Numbered from the stretch's first letter, positions 1 through 12,869 are shown. The stretch: 20,000 nucleotides of DNA from Lama guanicoe (GCA_013239625.1 MU053454.1:59230-79229); one strand, 5' to 3'. Translations and numbers: made by a program. The notes: generated by a model not told the origin, from the letters alone.

Positions 1-879
1 ATGGTATAAATGATGAGACTTGTACTGGTGACTAATATATATTAATCATGTTACATCAACTATTGGTGTATGTAACAATATTAAAGCCATTCTAAGTTTG
101 TAAATAGGTACTATTGAATATTTTCTGATACTAAAACTTCTGATAAGATATTTATCTTCTCCAAACTGTGCCTGAAGAAAAAGAAGCTCATCAAATGACT
201 CTATCAATCTTAGCTTAGGAAATCAGTACCTCCAAAAAACATTCTGGGTATCTTGTGTCAGTGACTAAAAATGATTTAAGGAAAATCTCTGATCCACAAG
301 AATTTTTTGGAACCTCAATGTGTGAATTAGCCGATCAAAACACTAAGACCACTAGAGCTGGGAGGGGGGAAGGAAAAGCCAATTTATTGCTTGTCAGGCA
401 AGGCAATGCTGCATCACCCAAAAGAGTTAGGTGAAACTCTCAGAATTACAAGTGAAAGGGCTTAACATAGCTTTCAAGAGAGGAAGTTTAGGGAAAGGAC
501 TGTAAATTCATCTTTGGGACTGGACATTTTACTGCTTTGTGCCACAAAAGTGCTTAGTTCTCACCGGGTCTGGAATGGGGTATTTAATACTCATGGTCAC
601 ATAGGAGGCACAGTCTTAAAAGCAGGCCTGAAGACAGAAGGAATTTTTTCTAATAGACTTCTCCTTTTTTATGCAAATATAATTCCATACTCAAGGAAAA
701 GGAGGCTGAAAATAAAAGAAGACCTGCAAGTGATTTTATTTTTTGTAACATGCATGAAGAAGAGTGCATAAAGCATGAGTCTGCACTGCTTGGGAAATTT
801 TTGTGAAGTAGATGGCTTCATGTAACATCCTCTGAATCAACAAATAGAATATCTATCAACACCTTAAAATCTATCCTTA

Positions 880-1200
880 TGTCACTCCACATCTGTAACA
901 CCTAAAGATAACTACTATTATGAATTCTATCATATTAGACAAATTTTGCCTATTATTAAGCTTCATATAAGCAGAATTATAAAATATGTACTCTTTTGTA
1001 TCAGGTTTGTTTTGCTCAAAAATGTCTCTAAGTCTTTTCCATGTTGTTGCATATAGCCATAGTTAATTCTTTCGCATTGCTGTTTAGTTTTTTTTTTGTA
1101 TAAAATCATCACAATCACTTTATCCATCTTTGCCTATCCACAAGGACATAAAAATAATTTCCAGATTTTCTTCTAAAATACATACTATTTTATGTTTTAT
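880..1200 (-). mobile_element. Old LINE-1 (L1MC/L1ME-like) 3' fragment, antisense
   Basis: Resembles the reverse complement of old L1 3' ends (aaaatatgtactcttttgtatcaggtttgttttgctcaa...ttccatgttgttgcatatagc...ttatccatc). Heavily diverged. Confidence 0.55.
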
Positions 1201-2939
1201 GATTTGCATAAAATTGATATTTTTATATATTGGAGGGCCAATATCCACTTCTGTAAGCAAAATTCTACCATGGTTTCTCTATAAAATTTTTACAAAGTTA
1301 GGGAGACAATAAATAATTTCACAGCCCATAACATATTAATTGCATTAATAGTTCTACAATTTTGTTGTTTGGTAACTGGTCATAACTTTTATTGCCGTAA
1401 CTTATCAGAGGACAGAATTGGAAACACTGGGAATCCTTGTGTCCTCTGGTCCTCCTACCTTGAGTGGTCAACCAGAAATCACACACTGCAGAAAGTTAAC
1501 TGGTACATAATGGTACCCAACATACAGGAAAAAAATAAGTACTACAAAACTCGAAACAAGGAGCAGTCTCCTTGAGTACTGAGAATTCTAATGTTGGAAA
1601 ATAAGGGTCTAGAAAAGAAATTTAGAAATTTTTGAGGTGTCGACAGCCATGTTGTGAACAAAAATGAATTAAAAGCTGACAAAGGCAACAGTGCTAAAGT
1701 TGTATATTGGACTGTCACTTTGTATTTATTCATTTCTGTGACAAATTTATGAAAATATCTTTTTCTTTTCCTTCCCTTTAGTAGATAAGTAGAGGACATT
1801 TCAAAAAAGCTAATTTTGGAAGAACACAGCAGTGAGGAAGCCAAATTTTTCAATTAACTAAAAACATTAATAGGAATATATCCTTGATCACACATACATT
1901 ATACCTCCTGAAATGTTATAAACTGAAATAATTTTATGGAGGCCCCTCTGAGATTTAGAAATCTGCAAGTGAATTTATTATTCCATGACTAAAAGAAGAC
2001 AATATTCTCAACAACAAAAGAATATTCCAAACAAAAGACTGTAAAAATTTGTACGTGTGTATATATATGTATAAATTCATTATTTAAGTTCTCTATTTAT
2101 ATAGTTATTTGTTACATATTCTATAAATCACAACATTAACTGTATATTTGACCATTACTTTTTATCTTTCCAAGTGTAAGAAGACTTGATCCTAAGATAT
2201 TTTAATTCTGGATTATTCAACGTTAAAGTACCCAGAACTATGTTAGACAGTTCTCAAACAACGGTAAAAGAAATAGATTTATTTCTGACCTCATGCAGAA
2301 TACTGCTTAGGGACTATAAGCCTAAGAAAAACTGTTCAAGATTGAGGAAAGAGGGTTTATATCCATATTGAGTTAGTACAAAATTTTAAGTGTTTAGTGA
2401 TTTAAATAAACTGCTACACCAACTTGGATGTTATTTTTCTTTTTAGAAAACTAAACTCTGTTAGAAATCATGGTAAAAACTGGTGATGACATACTATGAA
2501 AAACCATCAATAAAATAATGCCACTAAAAACTAAGAAAATTCTAATGTTCACACAAACCCCCCATCAACTCCACACCTGAAAGGATTACAGGAAGAAGTT
2601 TTACAGATGTTGGTGATTTTAAGTTCTTATGTAGTTAGTTACATCGTCCTCATTTTTCCTGAGGGAGTTTTAGTTTCTCTGACCATATTTCATCAGGTAA
2701 TGAAGTCAGTTTTTGTGCTTCAGAGATATTAAGTCCATGGGAACACAGAAATAACCCTGGATTGAGTCCTGCCCAAAACGTTTTATTCCAGATGGCCAAA
2801 CTGAGAGTTTTTTCTATCATCATCGAAGAATAATCTTATAACTCCAAAAAACACTCTACCATCATGCTGGAATGTTATCCATGCCCTGATTTCATTGAAA
2901 TAATATTCTTTTTTGGCCCATCCATTTTGTTACTTCCAT

Positions 2940-3128
2940 TAGTTCTATTTTAGCACTCACTGCATTGTTTCAAAATAGCAATAAACTTGATTCTCTCTCC
3001 ACTCTACACATTCACGGAAGCAAAGATCACTTAGTTTTATTTTTTTACTTCTGTATTCTAAATGCTATCCAATTTTTGAAAATTGAGTATGTTTTGGATC
3101 AGTAAGTTTCTAATTAATGAATAAATGG
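2940..3128 (+). mobile_element. LINE-2 3' end fragment
   Basis: ctctctccactctacacattcacggaagcaaagatcac...ctgtattctaaatgc...cagtaagtttctaattaatgaataaatgg follows the L2 3' tail pattern ending in (tgaa)n-like sequence. Confidence 0.45.
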
Positions 3129-3404
3129 AAATTTTTCTAAAATACTTAAATATGCTGGTTATCTAAAATCCAGAGAGATATAATCCTTGCTTAAGGAAAT
3201 TAAAATTTACAAGAAACAAGGGAGATACAGGACTCATTTCAAACAAGCTCTGACATAAAAAGATTAAATAACTGAACAGAAAAATTGGAGCAAAAATAAA
3301 TAAACATGCAATTCCCATGAAAACCACATTTAATAATGACACATCACATGTTTATAATGTGTTTATTATATCATAAAATTATTAGAAATTATTTACAATG
3401 TTAC

Positions 3405-3570
3405 CCTGTTTATTCCTCACAATAACAAGAAGTAAATAGTATCACTATCATTCCACTTCATGTAGGAGAAAAGTCAGGTGCAGGAAAGTTACTAGGATAT
3501 GGTCATGCTGCTATTTTATGGTGGAGTTGAGATTCAATCTAGCTTCAATGCCTGAACACTGAACCATCAT
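3405..3570 (-). mobile_element. MIR SINE fragment
   Basis: tttattcctcacaataac...tatcattccacttcatgtaggagaaaagtcagg...ggtcatgctgcta...ggtggagttgagattcaatc aligns by eye to the reverse-complemented MIR core (tttaatcctcacaacaacc...attttacagatgaggaaactgagg...ggtcacacagcta...gggattcgaaccc). Confidence 0.6.
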
Positions 3571-3599
3571 TCAACATTTTTCTAAAAACAATGAATACA

Positions 3600-4215
3600 A
3601 GAAAAGGTGGACCACCCTTCCACAATTAAAAATGTGAAGTAAACAAAAATGGGTACCACATTTCAACTCAAACTAACAGAGTTGCAACAGCTGATAGACA
3701 CTGCACAAAATGTAACCAGGAGTGTAAACAGTAGGGCAATTTGGCAAGACCAATCCAATGCACTATGTGTGCAAAGAGACATATACCAAGGAGTTCAAGA
3801 CAGAACTGTTTATAGAAGGAAAAAAACTGGAAATCAACCTAAAAGGAAAGAGACCTAGTTATATACATACTAGTATATCCAAACAAAGAAATAATATGCA
3901 GCTGTTAAAAATACCAACAGAATGGTGTCTATACTGACACACAGAAAAGCCCTTGATATAATTTCAACTAAAACAAGGACCCAGCAAATTGCTGAAGAGT
4001 ATGTTTTAAAATATTATCTTAGAGGTAAATGTTAATATATTAAATATGTCTAGAAAATCTCTGGAAAGATACACTTTAAAATATTAATAGTGGTTATGTC
4101 CATATAATTGTTTGGTATGCTGAGGAAAGATGGATTTGGCACAGTTTCGCTTTTGAAACGTACCTTTCTATTCTGAATTTATTTTAATGTGTGCATCACT
4201 TTAATATTAAAAAAA
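3600..4215 (+). mobile_element. Ancient L1 (L1ME-like) ORF2 end / 3'UTR remnants
   Basis: Degenerate L1 motifs: ggcaatttggcaa, aaaaactggaaatcaacctaaa, gtatatccaaacaaagaaataatatgcagctgttaaaaa. Confidence 0.45.
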
Positions 4216-4245
4216 ATCAATCATGAAATAACATAAACCTCTTAC

Positions 4246-4441
4246 CTTCTTTTGTAAATAATAAAGTAATACACATAGTGATCAGCATCCACTGCCCAAA
4301 ATAAACATAGCAGCATCCTCACTTGCAAGTATTATCCAGATCCACGAAGCCCATCTCCACCAGAGCACGTATACTCAGAAAATTGAGTCTGGTAACCAGT
4401 TACTATATTGGTCCCACTTAGCTTTTGTGACAGAATCTCAC
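4246..4441 (-). other. Candidate 196-bp exon (non-coding or pseudogenic)
   Basis: Minus-strand acceptor tttgtttgccag|G at 4441 and consensus donor GAAG|gtaag at 4246/4245, in apparently non-repetitive sequence. All three frames contain stops. Confidence 0.3.
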
Positions 4442-5487
4442 CTGGCAAACAAACTCTTGTGTTATCAGTCTTACAAACAGCTCCTCAGGGCTTTTCTTCT
4501 TGTTAGTTGGCATGGCAATTTGATAAAACCACAGTATAATAAAAGTTTCTGAAACTGCTATTAGCTTCCAGGGTGTGGGAGCTCAGGTGGCATTTTCTTT
4601 CCTTGACTCCTGGTTCTGCACATTAACGCTGTTATCTAGCTTCCCTGGAGGACCATTATAGACCTACTATCTCTTTCTTATGAACTTAAATTGACTGACC
4701 ACATGCCATCAGACTCTCAACCCATAATACCATATTTCCCCATTCATTTCAGTATAATTTAGTGCCCACAAGAAAAACGCAAATGATGAAGTGTTTACTA
4801 TTCCAGCAAAATAGTCCCCTCCTACCGTTTTACCAAGACAAACCTCATGATTCCTATACTAAAATAAATACTTTCTTCCAACAAGGGGAAGTCAGAAGGC
4901 TAAGACTTGGACCACATAAAAAAATTTTAATATCTAAAATAAGCAAAAAGGTGTTTTGTTTTTCTTTGCCTTAATTTTCTAAAAAAGTTGCATTCATTAG
5001 AAGTTTCAGTAGCAGTATATACAACAAATACTAAAAGGATGGCAATGCAACACAATGTGTAGACGCAGAGATGAAGAACTGGCACTGAAAAAATAGACGT
5101 TCATAATTTCAATATGTGCTCTCATGTGTTTATAAAAGACTTTAAGGTTGAATCTATTACTGAACAGTCAAGAAACAGAGTGACTTTCTACATAAGTTAT
5201 CCCCCAAAACAGGAAATTTCAGGGGAAAGGGGGCTCCTATTAGTAATTATTATTGGATGACAGGCATAAACTGGGACTCTCACAGGGAAAACAGAACATG
5301 AGGTCATCCTGTCAAAAGGACAGCCTAATCTGGTGGAGTATCTTGGCCTTGGTGTTAAGTAGATGTGTATTTGAATTCCAATACCCTAGTTATAGAATAA
5401 AATGTCTACATGGGTCTCAAAGTCCTTTTTTAATCAAACTGACTTAATATTGACATCTTGAAAGTGGGGAAATACTAATGTACCACA

Positions 5488-5985
5488 CAAAGAAGACATG
5501 GTATATATACAGTGTAATATTACTCACCTATAAAAAACAGTGAAATCTTGTCATTATGCAACAACATGAATGATCTAGAGAGCATCATGCTTAGTGAAAT
5601 AAGGCAGACAAAGCCAATTACCACATAATTTCACTTATATGTAGAATCTAAAACACAAAATAAACAAAACTGAAACAGACCCATAAATACAGAGAGAAAA
5701 CTGGTGATTGCCAGAGGGCAGGGTATAGGGAACGTGAAAAGTGGCTAAAGGTAAAGTACGACAAACTTTCAATTATAAAATAAGTAAGTCACAGGAATGT
5801 CAGGCACAGAACAAGGAATATAGTCAGTAACATTGTATTAGCTTTGTATGGTGACATATAGTTACTAGATTTAACATGGTGATCTGTTTGTAATGTATAT
5901 AAATGCCGAATCACTATGTTGTTCATGTGAAACAAATGTAAGATTGTATGTCAACTATATTCCCATAAAAAATGTAAAAAATAAG
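5488..5985 (+). mobile_element. LINE-1 (L1MA-like) 3' end with A-rich tail
   Basis: aagaagacatggtatatatac...gcaacaacatgaatgatctagagagcatcatgcttagtgaaataag...tcacttatatgtagaatctaaaa...tgaaacaaatgtaagattgtatgtcaactatat followed by an A-rich end. Confidence 0.85.
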
Positions 5986-7109
5986 TTATCTTTTAAAAAT
6001 ATGAATAAGATTTATCAAACCACATTTATTTTAGAAAATAACACTTCTGGTGTCACTGACTCTTTTGAATCAACAAGGGCCATATTAAATGATATGCCTT
6101 ATATTGCATGAGTTCTGTGGTTCACATGAGAATGCACAGAATATTCTGATCAAAACACCAACCGTGTCTATCAAGACCAAATGCAAATTTTTCAGAGGAG
6201 AGAATTTTCCAGGTGCTGAAAATATTCATTTTCACATTATCTCATAAAATTCTTAGATCTAGCACATAATTCTACCTTAGTAAATAGACTATATCAAGTA
6301 TAATTCAGCTTTTACTGGTGATTCATACTGAATTTAAATAGCAACTACTGCATTCAGCTCTAGGTATATGATTACTTTAGAAGACATGCAAGATTTATGA
6401 CTCAGTTCTTAAAAAGTGTTTGCCTTTAGTTCATTTGTTCCTTTAGAATCAGAATCTTTTGCACACAAATGGAAATGCATTTTAACTTTGATTACACATT
6501 TCCCCCACTATCCAAAAGTAGAGAGACTGTGCCAGTGAAATCATTCTTAAGCCAAAATGGCATAAAGTAAAAAATTAATTGCCTTTTTGGATTTCTTTCA
6601 ATCAGTGAAAATAGGTACTAATATAGTTCCTTCATAAAAGTGAAGCGGCATAAAGCAAGCTTTCAAAAAGCAGGGGATACCTGTATTTCTCAAATATATC
6701 TCAATACAATTCTGCTTTTACTCAACCAAAGTAAATTCATAATATATCAATGTTTGCAAATGGTAATTTTAAAATACTGTTACAAATCTCTACCCTTGAA
6801 ACAGGAAGAAAATTATATAAATGCTACATAGCAAAAAGTGGACTGCTAGCAAGTAATGACCCCAGAATGAATGAGAAAAGGCATTCAAGTAGCCAAGAGA
6901 ACTTCCCCCAGAGAAAACAGGCAACCAGGCAACAGAGATAAAGGACCAAAGAGGTTTACTGTTCTTTCAGAGGAAAAATTGGGAGGTTCATGTAAAACAG
7001 AATTATTTCTATAAAAGAGTGCTATTAATAGAGAAAAAACTAATACATATGCAAAATGTTTTCATGAAATTTAACTGTTGGACTTCCATACATCATTTGT
7101 TTAAATAAT

Positions 7110-8303
7110 ACGTAAGACAAGATACAATAAAACTCCTAGAAGAAACTATAGGCAAAACATTATTTCACATACATTTAAAAAATGTTCTTCTATGACAGTC
7201 TACCCAAGCAAATGAAATAAAAGCAAGAATGAACAAGTGGGACCTAAATACACTTACAAGCTTCTGCACAGCAAAGGAAACCATAAGTAAAACAAAACAA
7301 CAACCTACAGAATGGGAGATATTTTTGCAAAACATGAAACTTACAACGGCTTAATCTCTGAAATATATAAGCAGCACATACGACTTAATAAGAAAAAACA
7401 AATAACCCAGTCCAAAAATTGACAGAAGACCTAAACAAGCAATTCTCCAAGGAAGAAATATAAATGATCAATAGGCACATGAAAAAAATGCTCAATATCA
7501 CTAATTACCAGAAAAATGTAAATCAAAACTACAATGAGGTAACACCTCACACCAGTCACAATGACCGTCATTCAAAAGTCCATATATGACAGATGCTGGA
7601 GAGGCTGTGTAGAAAAGGGGACCCTCCTACACTGCTGGTGGGAAGGCACTTTGGTGCAGCCACTGTGGAAAACAGTATGGAGATTCCTCAAAAGACTAGG
7701 AATACACTAACCATATGACCCAGGAATCCCGCTCAGAAGGAACCCTACTTAAAAAAGACACCTGCACCACATTGTTCACAGCAGCACTATTTACAATAGC
7801 CAAGACATGGAAACAGCCTAAATGTCCGTCAAGAGATGACTGGAAAAAGAAGAGCTGGTATATTTATACAATGGAATACCGCGCCACTAAGCCATAAAAA
7901 GTGACAACATAAAGCCTTTTGCAGCAACATGGAGAATGTCATTCTGAGTGCAGTAAGCCAGAAAGAGAAAGAAAAATGTCGTGTGAGATTGCTTATATGT
8001 GGAATCTTAAAAGAAGAAAAAAAAAAAGGAAAGAAAGAAAGAAAAGAAAATGACAAATAAACATAAATACAAAACAGAAACAGGCTCACAGACATAGAAT
8101 ACAAACTTGTGGTTGTTGGGGGGAGGCACGTAGGAAGGGACAGACCGGGAGTACAAAATTTGTACATACTGGCAGGTATATATACAATAGATAAACAAGA
8201 TTATACTGTATAGCACAGGGAAATGCATACAATTATGTAAACATTGTGCACTACACTGGAAATTGACACAACATTCTAAACTCAGTATGAGTTAATAAAA
8301 AAG
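7110..8303 (+). mobile_element. 5'-truncated LINE-1 (camelid-type), ORF2 C-terminus plus 3'UTR
   Basis: ORF2 C-terminal remnant (7715-7897: CTTLFTAALFTIAKTWKQPKCPS..W.KK.WYIYTMEY). Clearly homologous to 18010-19260, with an internal 3'UTR deletion near 8230. Confidence 0.92.
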
Positions 8304-8329
8304 GAAACAGTAAATTCAGAATAAATAAA

Positions 8330-8725
8330 TGAAAAGAAGAGAAGTTGAGGTACATTTATACAATGGAATACTACTATGCCATGAAAAGGAATAAAATAAT
8401 GTCACTTGCAGCAAAATGGATGGACCCAAAGATCATCATTCTAAGTTAAGTAAGCCATAAAAAGAAAGAAAAATACCACAGATCACTCATATGTGGAACC
8501 TTCAAAAAAGAAAGGACACTATGAACTCATTTACAATAGAGAAACAGACACGCAGACTTAGTATATAATCTTACGGTCACCAGAGAAAGGGGGTGTGAAA
8601 GGAGAAATTTGGTCGTTTACAATCTACAAATCTAACTCATCATATATAAAGAAAGATTTTTAAAAATCTTCTTCTGTATAACACAGAGACCTCTGCTCAA
8701 TATCTCATACTAACCTACAATGGAA
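8330..8725 (+). mobile_element. LINE-1 ORF2-end/3'UTR fragment (second subfamily); left part of composite repeat copy 1
   Basis: tacatttatacaatggaatactac...gcagcaaaatggatggacc...cattctaagttaagtaagcc. From ~8450 it is homologous to 15400-15670. Confidence 0.8.
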
Positions 8726-8729
8726 ACAC

Positions 8730-9870
8730 TGCCAAAGCTACCACCTGAAGAACCAAGAGGAAAAAGAGGAGTCAGTTATCCTAGGCTACAGCCCAGTTCC
8801 TTCACAAGTCCTTGCCGGACGCCCCCACTGCCACTGCCCACTGACAACACTGCCCCCTCCTGCCAGGAAAAGGCCGACATGAATACATGCACCTAGTGAA
8901 CATGGGGCGACAGAGGCCGCCTCCAGAACAGGCCACGGGGGAGGCGGGAGCGAGTCCACCTGCTCCCCCAGCCCCTGGCCACCACTGCCCGCTGACAGCA
9001 CGGTGCCCGCCTCCCGGCAGCGAGCTCATCCAGAAACAAGTGCCCCGGGAATCTGGGGCAGCAGCGGAGAGACGGGTGCTGCCCTTGACAAACTGGTATA
9101 TTTGCTCCCCCATCTCCCCCACAACCTGGCCTGGGGGCGGCCTCTGCTGCCCTAGCGTCGTGGAACACACTTCTTCCTGCCAGCCTGCTCCTAGGAGGCA
9201 GGCACAGTGCAGTCACAGGTTGGCAGCAGTGGTAACGGCAGGATTGGGGCTGCTCCGTGCCAACTGGGGGTTTGCTCGCACATCTGGCTGTGACTCCTGC
9301 CACCCCCCCACACCGACTGCACTGTACCTGCCTCCCAGCAGCAGGCTGACTTGTACCCTGCATCCTGCGAACGTGGGGCAGTAGAGGCCACCACTAGGCA
9401 AGGCTGCAGGGGAGATGGGAGCAAGATGACCAGAGCGGAGAATCCAGGGCAGAGCCCCTACACCCATCTCCGTCAACTTCCCCTCACTGTGCAGGCCTCC
9501 CAGGGGCAAGCGAACCAGGAGACATGCATCCCGTGAACCTGGGGCATTAGAGGCCGCCCCCAGGCCAAGCCGTGGGGAAGGTGGGAACAAATCCCCCGGC
9601 TCTCACAGGGTAGCCCCCCTTATTCCACCTCCACAGCTGCCACACCTGCCATCGTCCCCGCTGCTCCCTGACTGGACCATACAGGGCTCTAGGGCGCAGT
9701 CTGACCTAAAGACGAACCTGGGGCAGCAGAGACCTACCCCGCCAGGCCGCGGAGGAGATGGGGGCAAAGGACTGGCTCGCAGGGGGCAGCCCCCTCCCCA
9801 CGCCACAACCGCCAGGGCTACGGCCTCTGCCATCTTCCCAGCCCCCTGGCCGCACTGCGCCCGTGGTCTT
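8730..9870. repeat. GC-rich array of ~165-180-bp monomers in mixed orientation (copy 1)
   Basis: Core gaac(c/a/g)tggggc..(c/t)agag(g/a)cc occurs forward at 8898, 9369, 9535 and 9714, and reverse-complemented at ~9136-9155. The whole block is homologous to 15675-17000. Confidence 0.8.
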
Positions 9871-9978
9871 ACTAAAGTGGGTATAGAGGGAACATGTCTC
9901 AACATAATAAAAGCTATTTATGACAAACCTACAGTCACCACAATACCCTACCAAGAGAGCGGAAAGCCTTTCTGCTAA
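9871..9978 (+). mobile_element. Short LINE-1 ORF2 fragment; right end of composite repeat copy 1
   Basis: aaagtgggtatagagggaacatgtctcaacataataaaagctatttatgacaaacc (GIEGTCLNIIKAIYDKP). Nearly identical to 17000-17107. Confidence 0.85.
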
Positions 9979-9984
9979 GCCTTT

Positions 9985-12165
9985 CTTGTTATTTAACCTT
10001 CACACTAGATTTATAAGTGACTTTATCATCACCAGCATTATAATAGGAGACTATTCGGAATGGAACTCTTATTTTTCATTTTACCAGGGGCTTTTACGCT
10101 TTCCTAAGTTTTCCTGTTACTAATTTGCATCACTTCATTTCCTCTTGAAGAACTCCTTTTAGCATCTCTCATGAGGCAATGATAGTGGTGATGAACTTCT
10201 TTAGCTTCTGTTTGTCTGTAAAACTCTTTCTCTCTCCTTTAATTCTGGAGGATAGCTTTGCCAGGTAGAAGATTCTTGGCTGATAGTTTTTTCTTTCAGC
10301 ATTTTGAATATAAAACACCGTGAGAACTCTCTTCTGGCCTGCAAAGTTTCTGCTCAAAAATCCACTGGCAGTCTTATGAGCATCCCCATATCATAATAAG
10401 TTGCTTTGCTCTTGCTGCTTTTAAGACTGTCTCCTTGTCTTTAACTTGTGTTGGATTACAATGTGTCTCACTGTGGGATTCTTTAGATGCAGCTTATTTG
10501 GAGTTCTGCGCTTCCTGGGTCAGGACGTCTGTTTCTCGCCCCAGTTTAGGGAGGTTTTCAGCCATTATTTCTTCCAATAGGCGTTCTGCCTCTTTTCCTC
10601 TCTCCTCTCCTCTGGAACCTCTATAATGTCCATGTTCACCTGCTTGGTGGTTCCTGAAAGGCCCCTAAGTATCTTCACTGTTCATTCTTTTTCTTTCTTG
10701 CTCTCCACCTGAATAAATTCTACCACCCTGTTTTCAAGTATATTGATCATTCCTTTTGCTCAATCTAGTCTACTATTGAACCTCTCAACTGAATTTTTCA
10801 GTTCAATTATTTTTATTCTATTTTTCAGTTCTACGATTGCTGTTTTATACATTTCCATATTTCCTATCTCTTGCTAAAGTTTTCACTTTGTTCATTAATT
10901 GCTCTCTTGAATCAGTGAGCATCTTCATGACTGTCATTTTGAACTCTCTCTCTCTCAGGTTGATCATTCTGGTGAGTTTCTGAAAATCTAGCTTGTCCTT
11001 TTGTTTGGAATCTATTCCCGTTTCTTCATTTTCCTTGACCCTCTCTGTTGGTTTCTGCACATTAGACAAAACCGCCGCCTCTCCCAGTCTGGGTGGAATG
11101 GTCTCCTGGGGGAGCTGAACCCGGCCGTCAGCCAGCCCTGAGCTCCTGGTTGTCTGTCTTACACCTCTGCCATTGTCCAAACTGCTCTTTGTTTTAGTGG
11201 CTCCCTAGACCCATCAGTTTTCCAAAGGGGAAACTCTCAGGCAGCGCCTAAATGTGGGTTGATTGGAAGTTGGACCCTCAGACAGGACTGAGAAAGTGTG
11301 TAATACGGCCCTTTCTATAGAGAAACTGGGAGACGAGTGTTTTGACTTGCTCACCCCGTGCTGAGCTGAGGGGTATAGCTGGGGGGGGGTATTCCTGTGT
11401 CCATTTAAAAAGCGCACCTTTCTTTCAGTCCTGTGGGACTCGGGAGTGGAAGTCCTACAGGCTACCAAACCTGGGTGACTAAGGGCCCATCTCTCGAATG
11501 GCAGCTGTAAAAGCTGGGGCACTAGATGTGTGGACAGACTCCTCCCAGGGAGATGCTTGCTTTTACTGTTGGAGTGAGCCAGAGGGAGAAGGCGGGGCTC
11601 TGGGGAGGGTCACAGCTGGCACCTGTGTGTGTGCTAACTAGATGCTGGGCCCCAGGAGGCCCTTTGCAAAGTCTGCAACCAAACCCCTTCCAGGCAAGTG
11701 GAAGCTGGAAGATCACATTTCTACCTGCAACCTCTGAGCTGGGGCCTAGGGGAGTAGCCCAGCGGGTGCTGGTGCTCCCACTGGTTCCGTTTGCCACATT
11801 CCTGTGGGACTGGTGGACACAGGCCCTGCTGACTTTCAGAGCACAGTGACGTGGGAGCTTGTCCCTTGGATGGAAGCCTTAGTTAAGGGGAGGGGTGCGA
11901 GTTGTTCAGTTCAGACCCCTCGCTCCACAGGGAGAAGCTGGGAGTTGGGGGGCCCCTCAATTGCAGGGCACTGCGCTGGGGGTGGGGTTGATGGAGGGGA
12001 TGTGCCTTTCCTACCCCTTCTGACGTGGGTGTTTTCTGTTACCTGATGTGTAGGAGTCACTCAGCCAGGCTCTGGGTTTCTCTCAGAGGCAACTGCTCCA
12101 CGAATAGCCGTGTACTCAGTGCCTCTGTGGTAGAAGGGACATTCAGGAGCCTCAAGTTACCATCT
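9985..12165 (-). mobile_element. Older LINE-1 5'UTR plus degenerate ORF1, antisense
   Basis: Minus-strand peptides KNYQPRIFYLAKLSSRIKGERKSFTDKQKLKKFITT (ORF1p C-terminal domain, 10169-10357) and INLREREFKMTVMKML (ORF1p N-terminal region, ~10920-10970). GC-rich 5'UTR-like sequence ends at ..gagcctcaagttaccatct, ~12165. Confidence 0.85.
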
Positions 12166-12184
12166 CTGTCCTTTGAAGTTCTTT

Positions 12185-12350
12185 CTGGAACTTCAGACCC
12201 GTATCTCCCAACTGTGCATTTGACAGCTCTGTTCGGATGTGTCACAGCACCTCAAACCTCGCTCATCCGAGGTAAAGCTCGCCCGGGCTTCCCCGCCCCT
12301 AAAGCCTGCCCCTCCCGTGGTGCCCATCTTAGGTGACGGGAAATCCCACT
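12185..12350 (+). mobile_element. LINE-2 fragment
   Basis: cttcagacccgtatctcccaactg...ttgacagctctgttcggatgtgtcacagcacctcaaacct...cctgcccctccc...cccatcttaggtgacgggaaatcc matches the L2 pattern ctccagact..atatccaactgcc.acttgacatctccacttggatgtc...catctcaaac. Confidence 0.6.
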
Positions 12351-12855
12351 TGTTACCGAGTCCAAACTCATTCTGCTCGCCGCACGACAGGCCAATAAAA
12401 CGGGAGATGAGGGGCTGGGCAAGGATAGTGACTTTATTCGGAAAGCTGGCCGACCGACAGGATGGCAGACTAATGTCTTGGAGAACCATCCTACTCCAGT
12501 CAGAACACAGTCTCCTTTTATACAGAAAAACAGGGGAGGCGGTGTGGATGGTTGTTGCAAACTTCTTGCCACAGGAAGCCTTTGTTCCTGCAGCTGTCCA
12601 TGTGAGTCAGGCCCTGGTGTCCCTGTAAACCTCCAACAAACAAAGGCTATTTTCTGTTTTGCAACCTGCCATCTCTACATCAGTGTGCAAGTGCTAACAT
12701 CCCAGAACGGGCTCTCCTGTACGTTTCAGGCTAAAGGCAACACTGCTTTACAAAAGGTGCAGAGCTAGCAAGACGAAGCCTGGAAAACAAGGCACAGTGG
12801 TGAAAGCCACAGGAACAGATCCAACATGGAGTCCCATTTGTTCTTTTCCGTTACA
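12351..12855 (-). mobile_element. Solo ERV1-class LTR (MER41-like, artiodactyl type), ~505 bp
   Basis: TG...CA termini (tgttacc...cgttaca). Minus-strand TATAAAAG at 12515-12522 and AATAAA at 12433-12438 are in U3-R-U5 order. The family name comes from recalled resemblance, not from a search. Confidence 0.75.
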
Positions 12856-12869
12856 GAGGGACACGGTGA

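Noticed and set aside
320..600. Possible old LTR fragment (tttattgcttg motif, purine-rich tract)
   Set aside because: Too degenerate to define termini or family by eye.
514..6941. Short ORFs in the AT-rich left part
   Set aside because: No recognisable protein similarity. Many use non-ATG starts or overlap decayed repeats.
8786..9954. Many overlapping 60-165-aa ORFs in the GC-rich arrays (also 15718-17004)
   Set aside because: Expected from the scarcity of stop codons in GC-rich repeats. The reading frames are not preserved between the two copies.
12351..12855. Interferon-inducible STAT1 (GAS) enhancer in the MER41-like LTR
   Set aside because: I found no exact TTCnnnGAA, only a near match (atcccagaa at ~12699).
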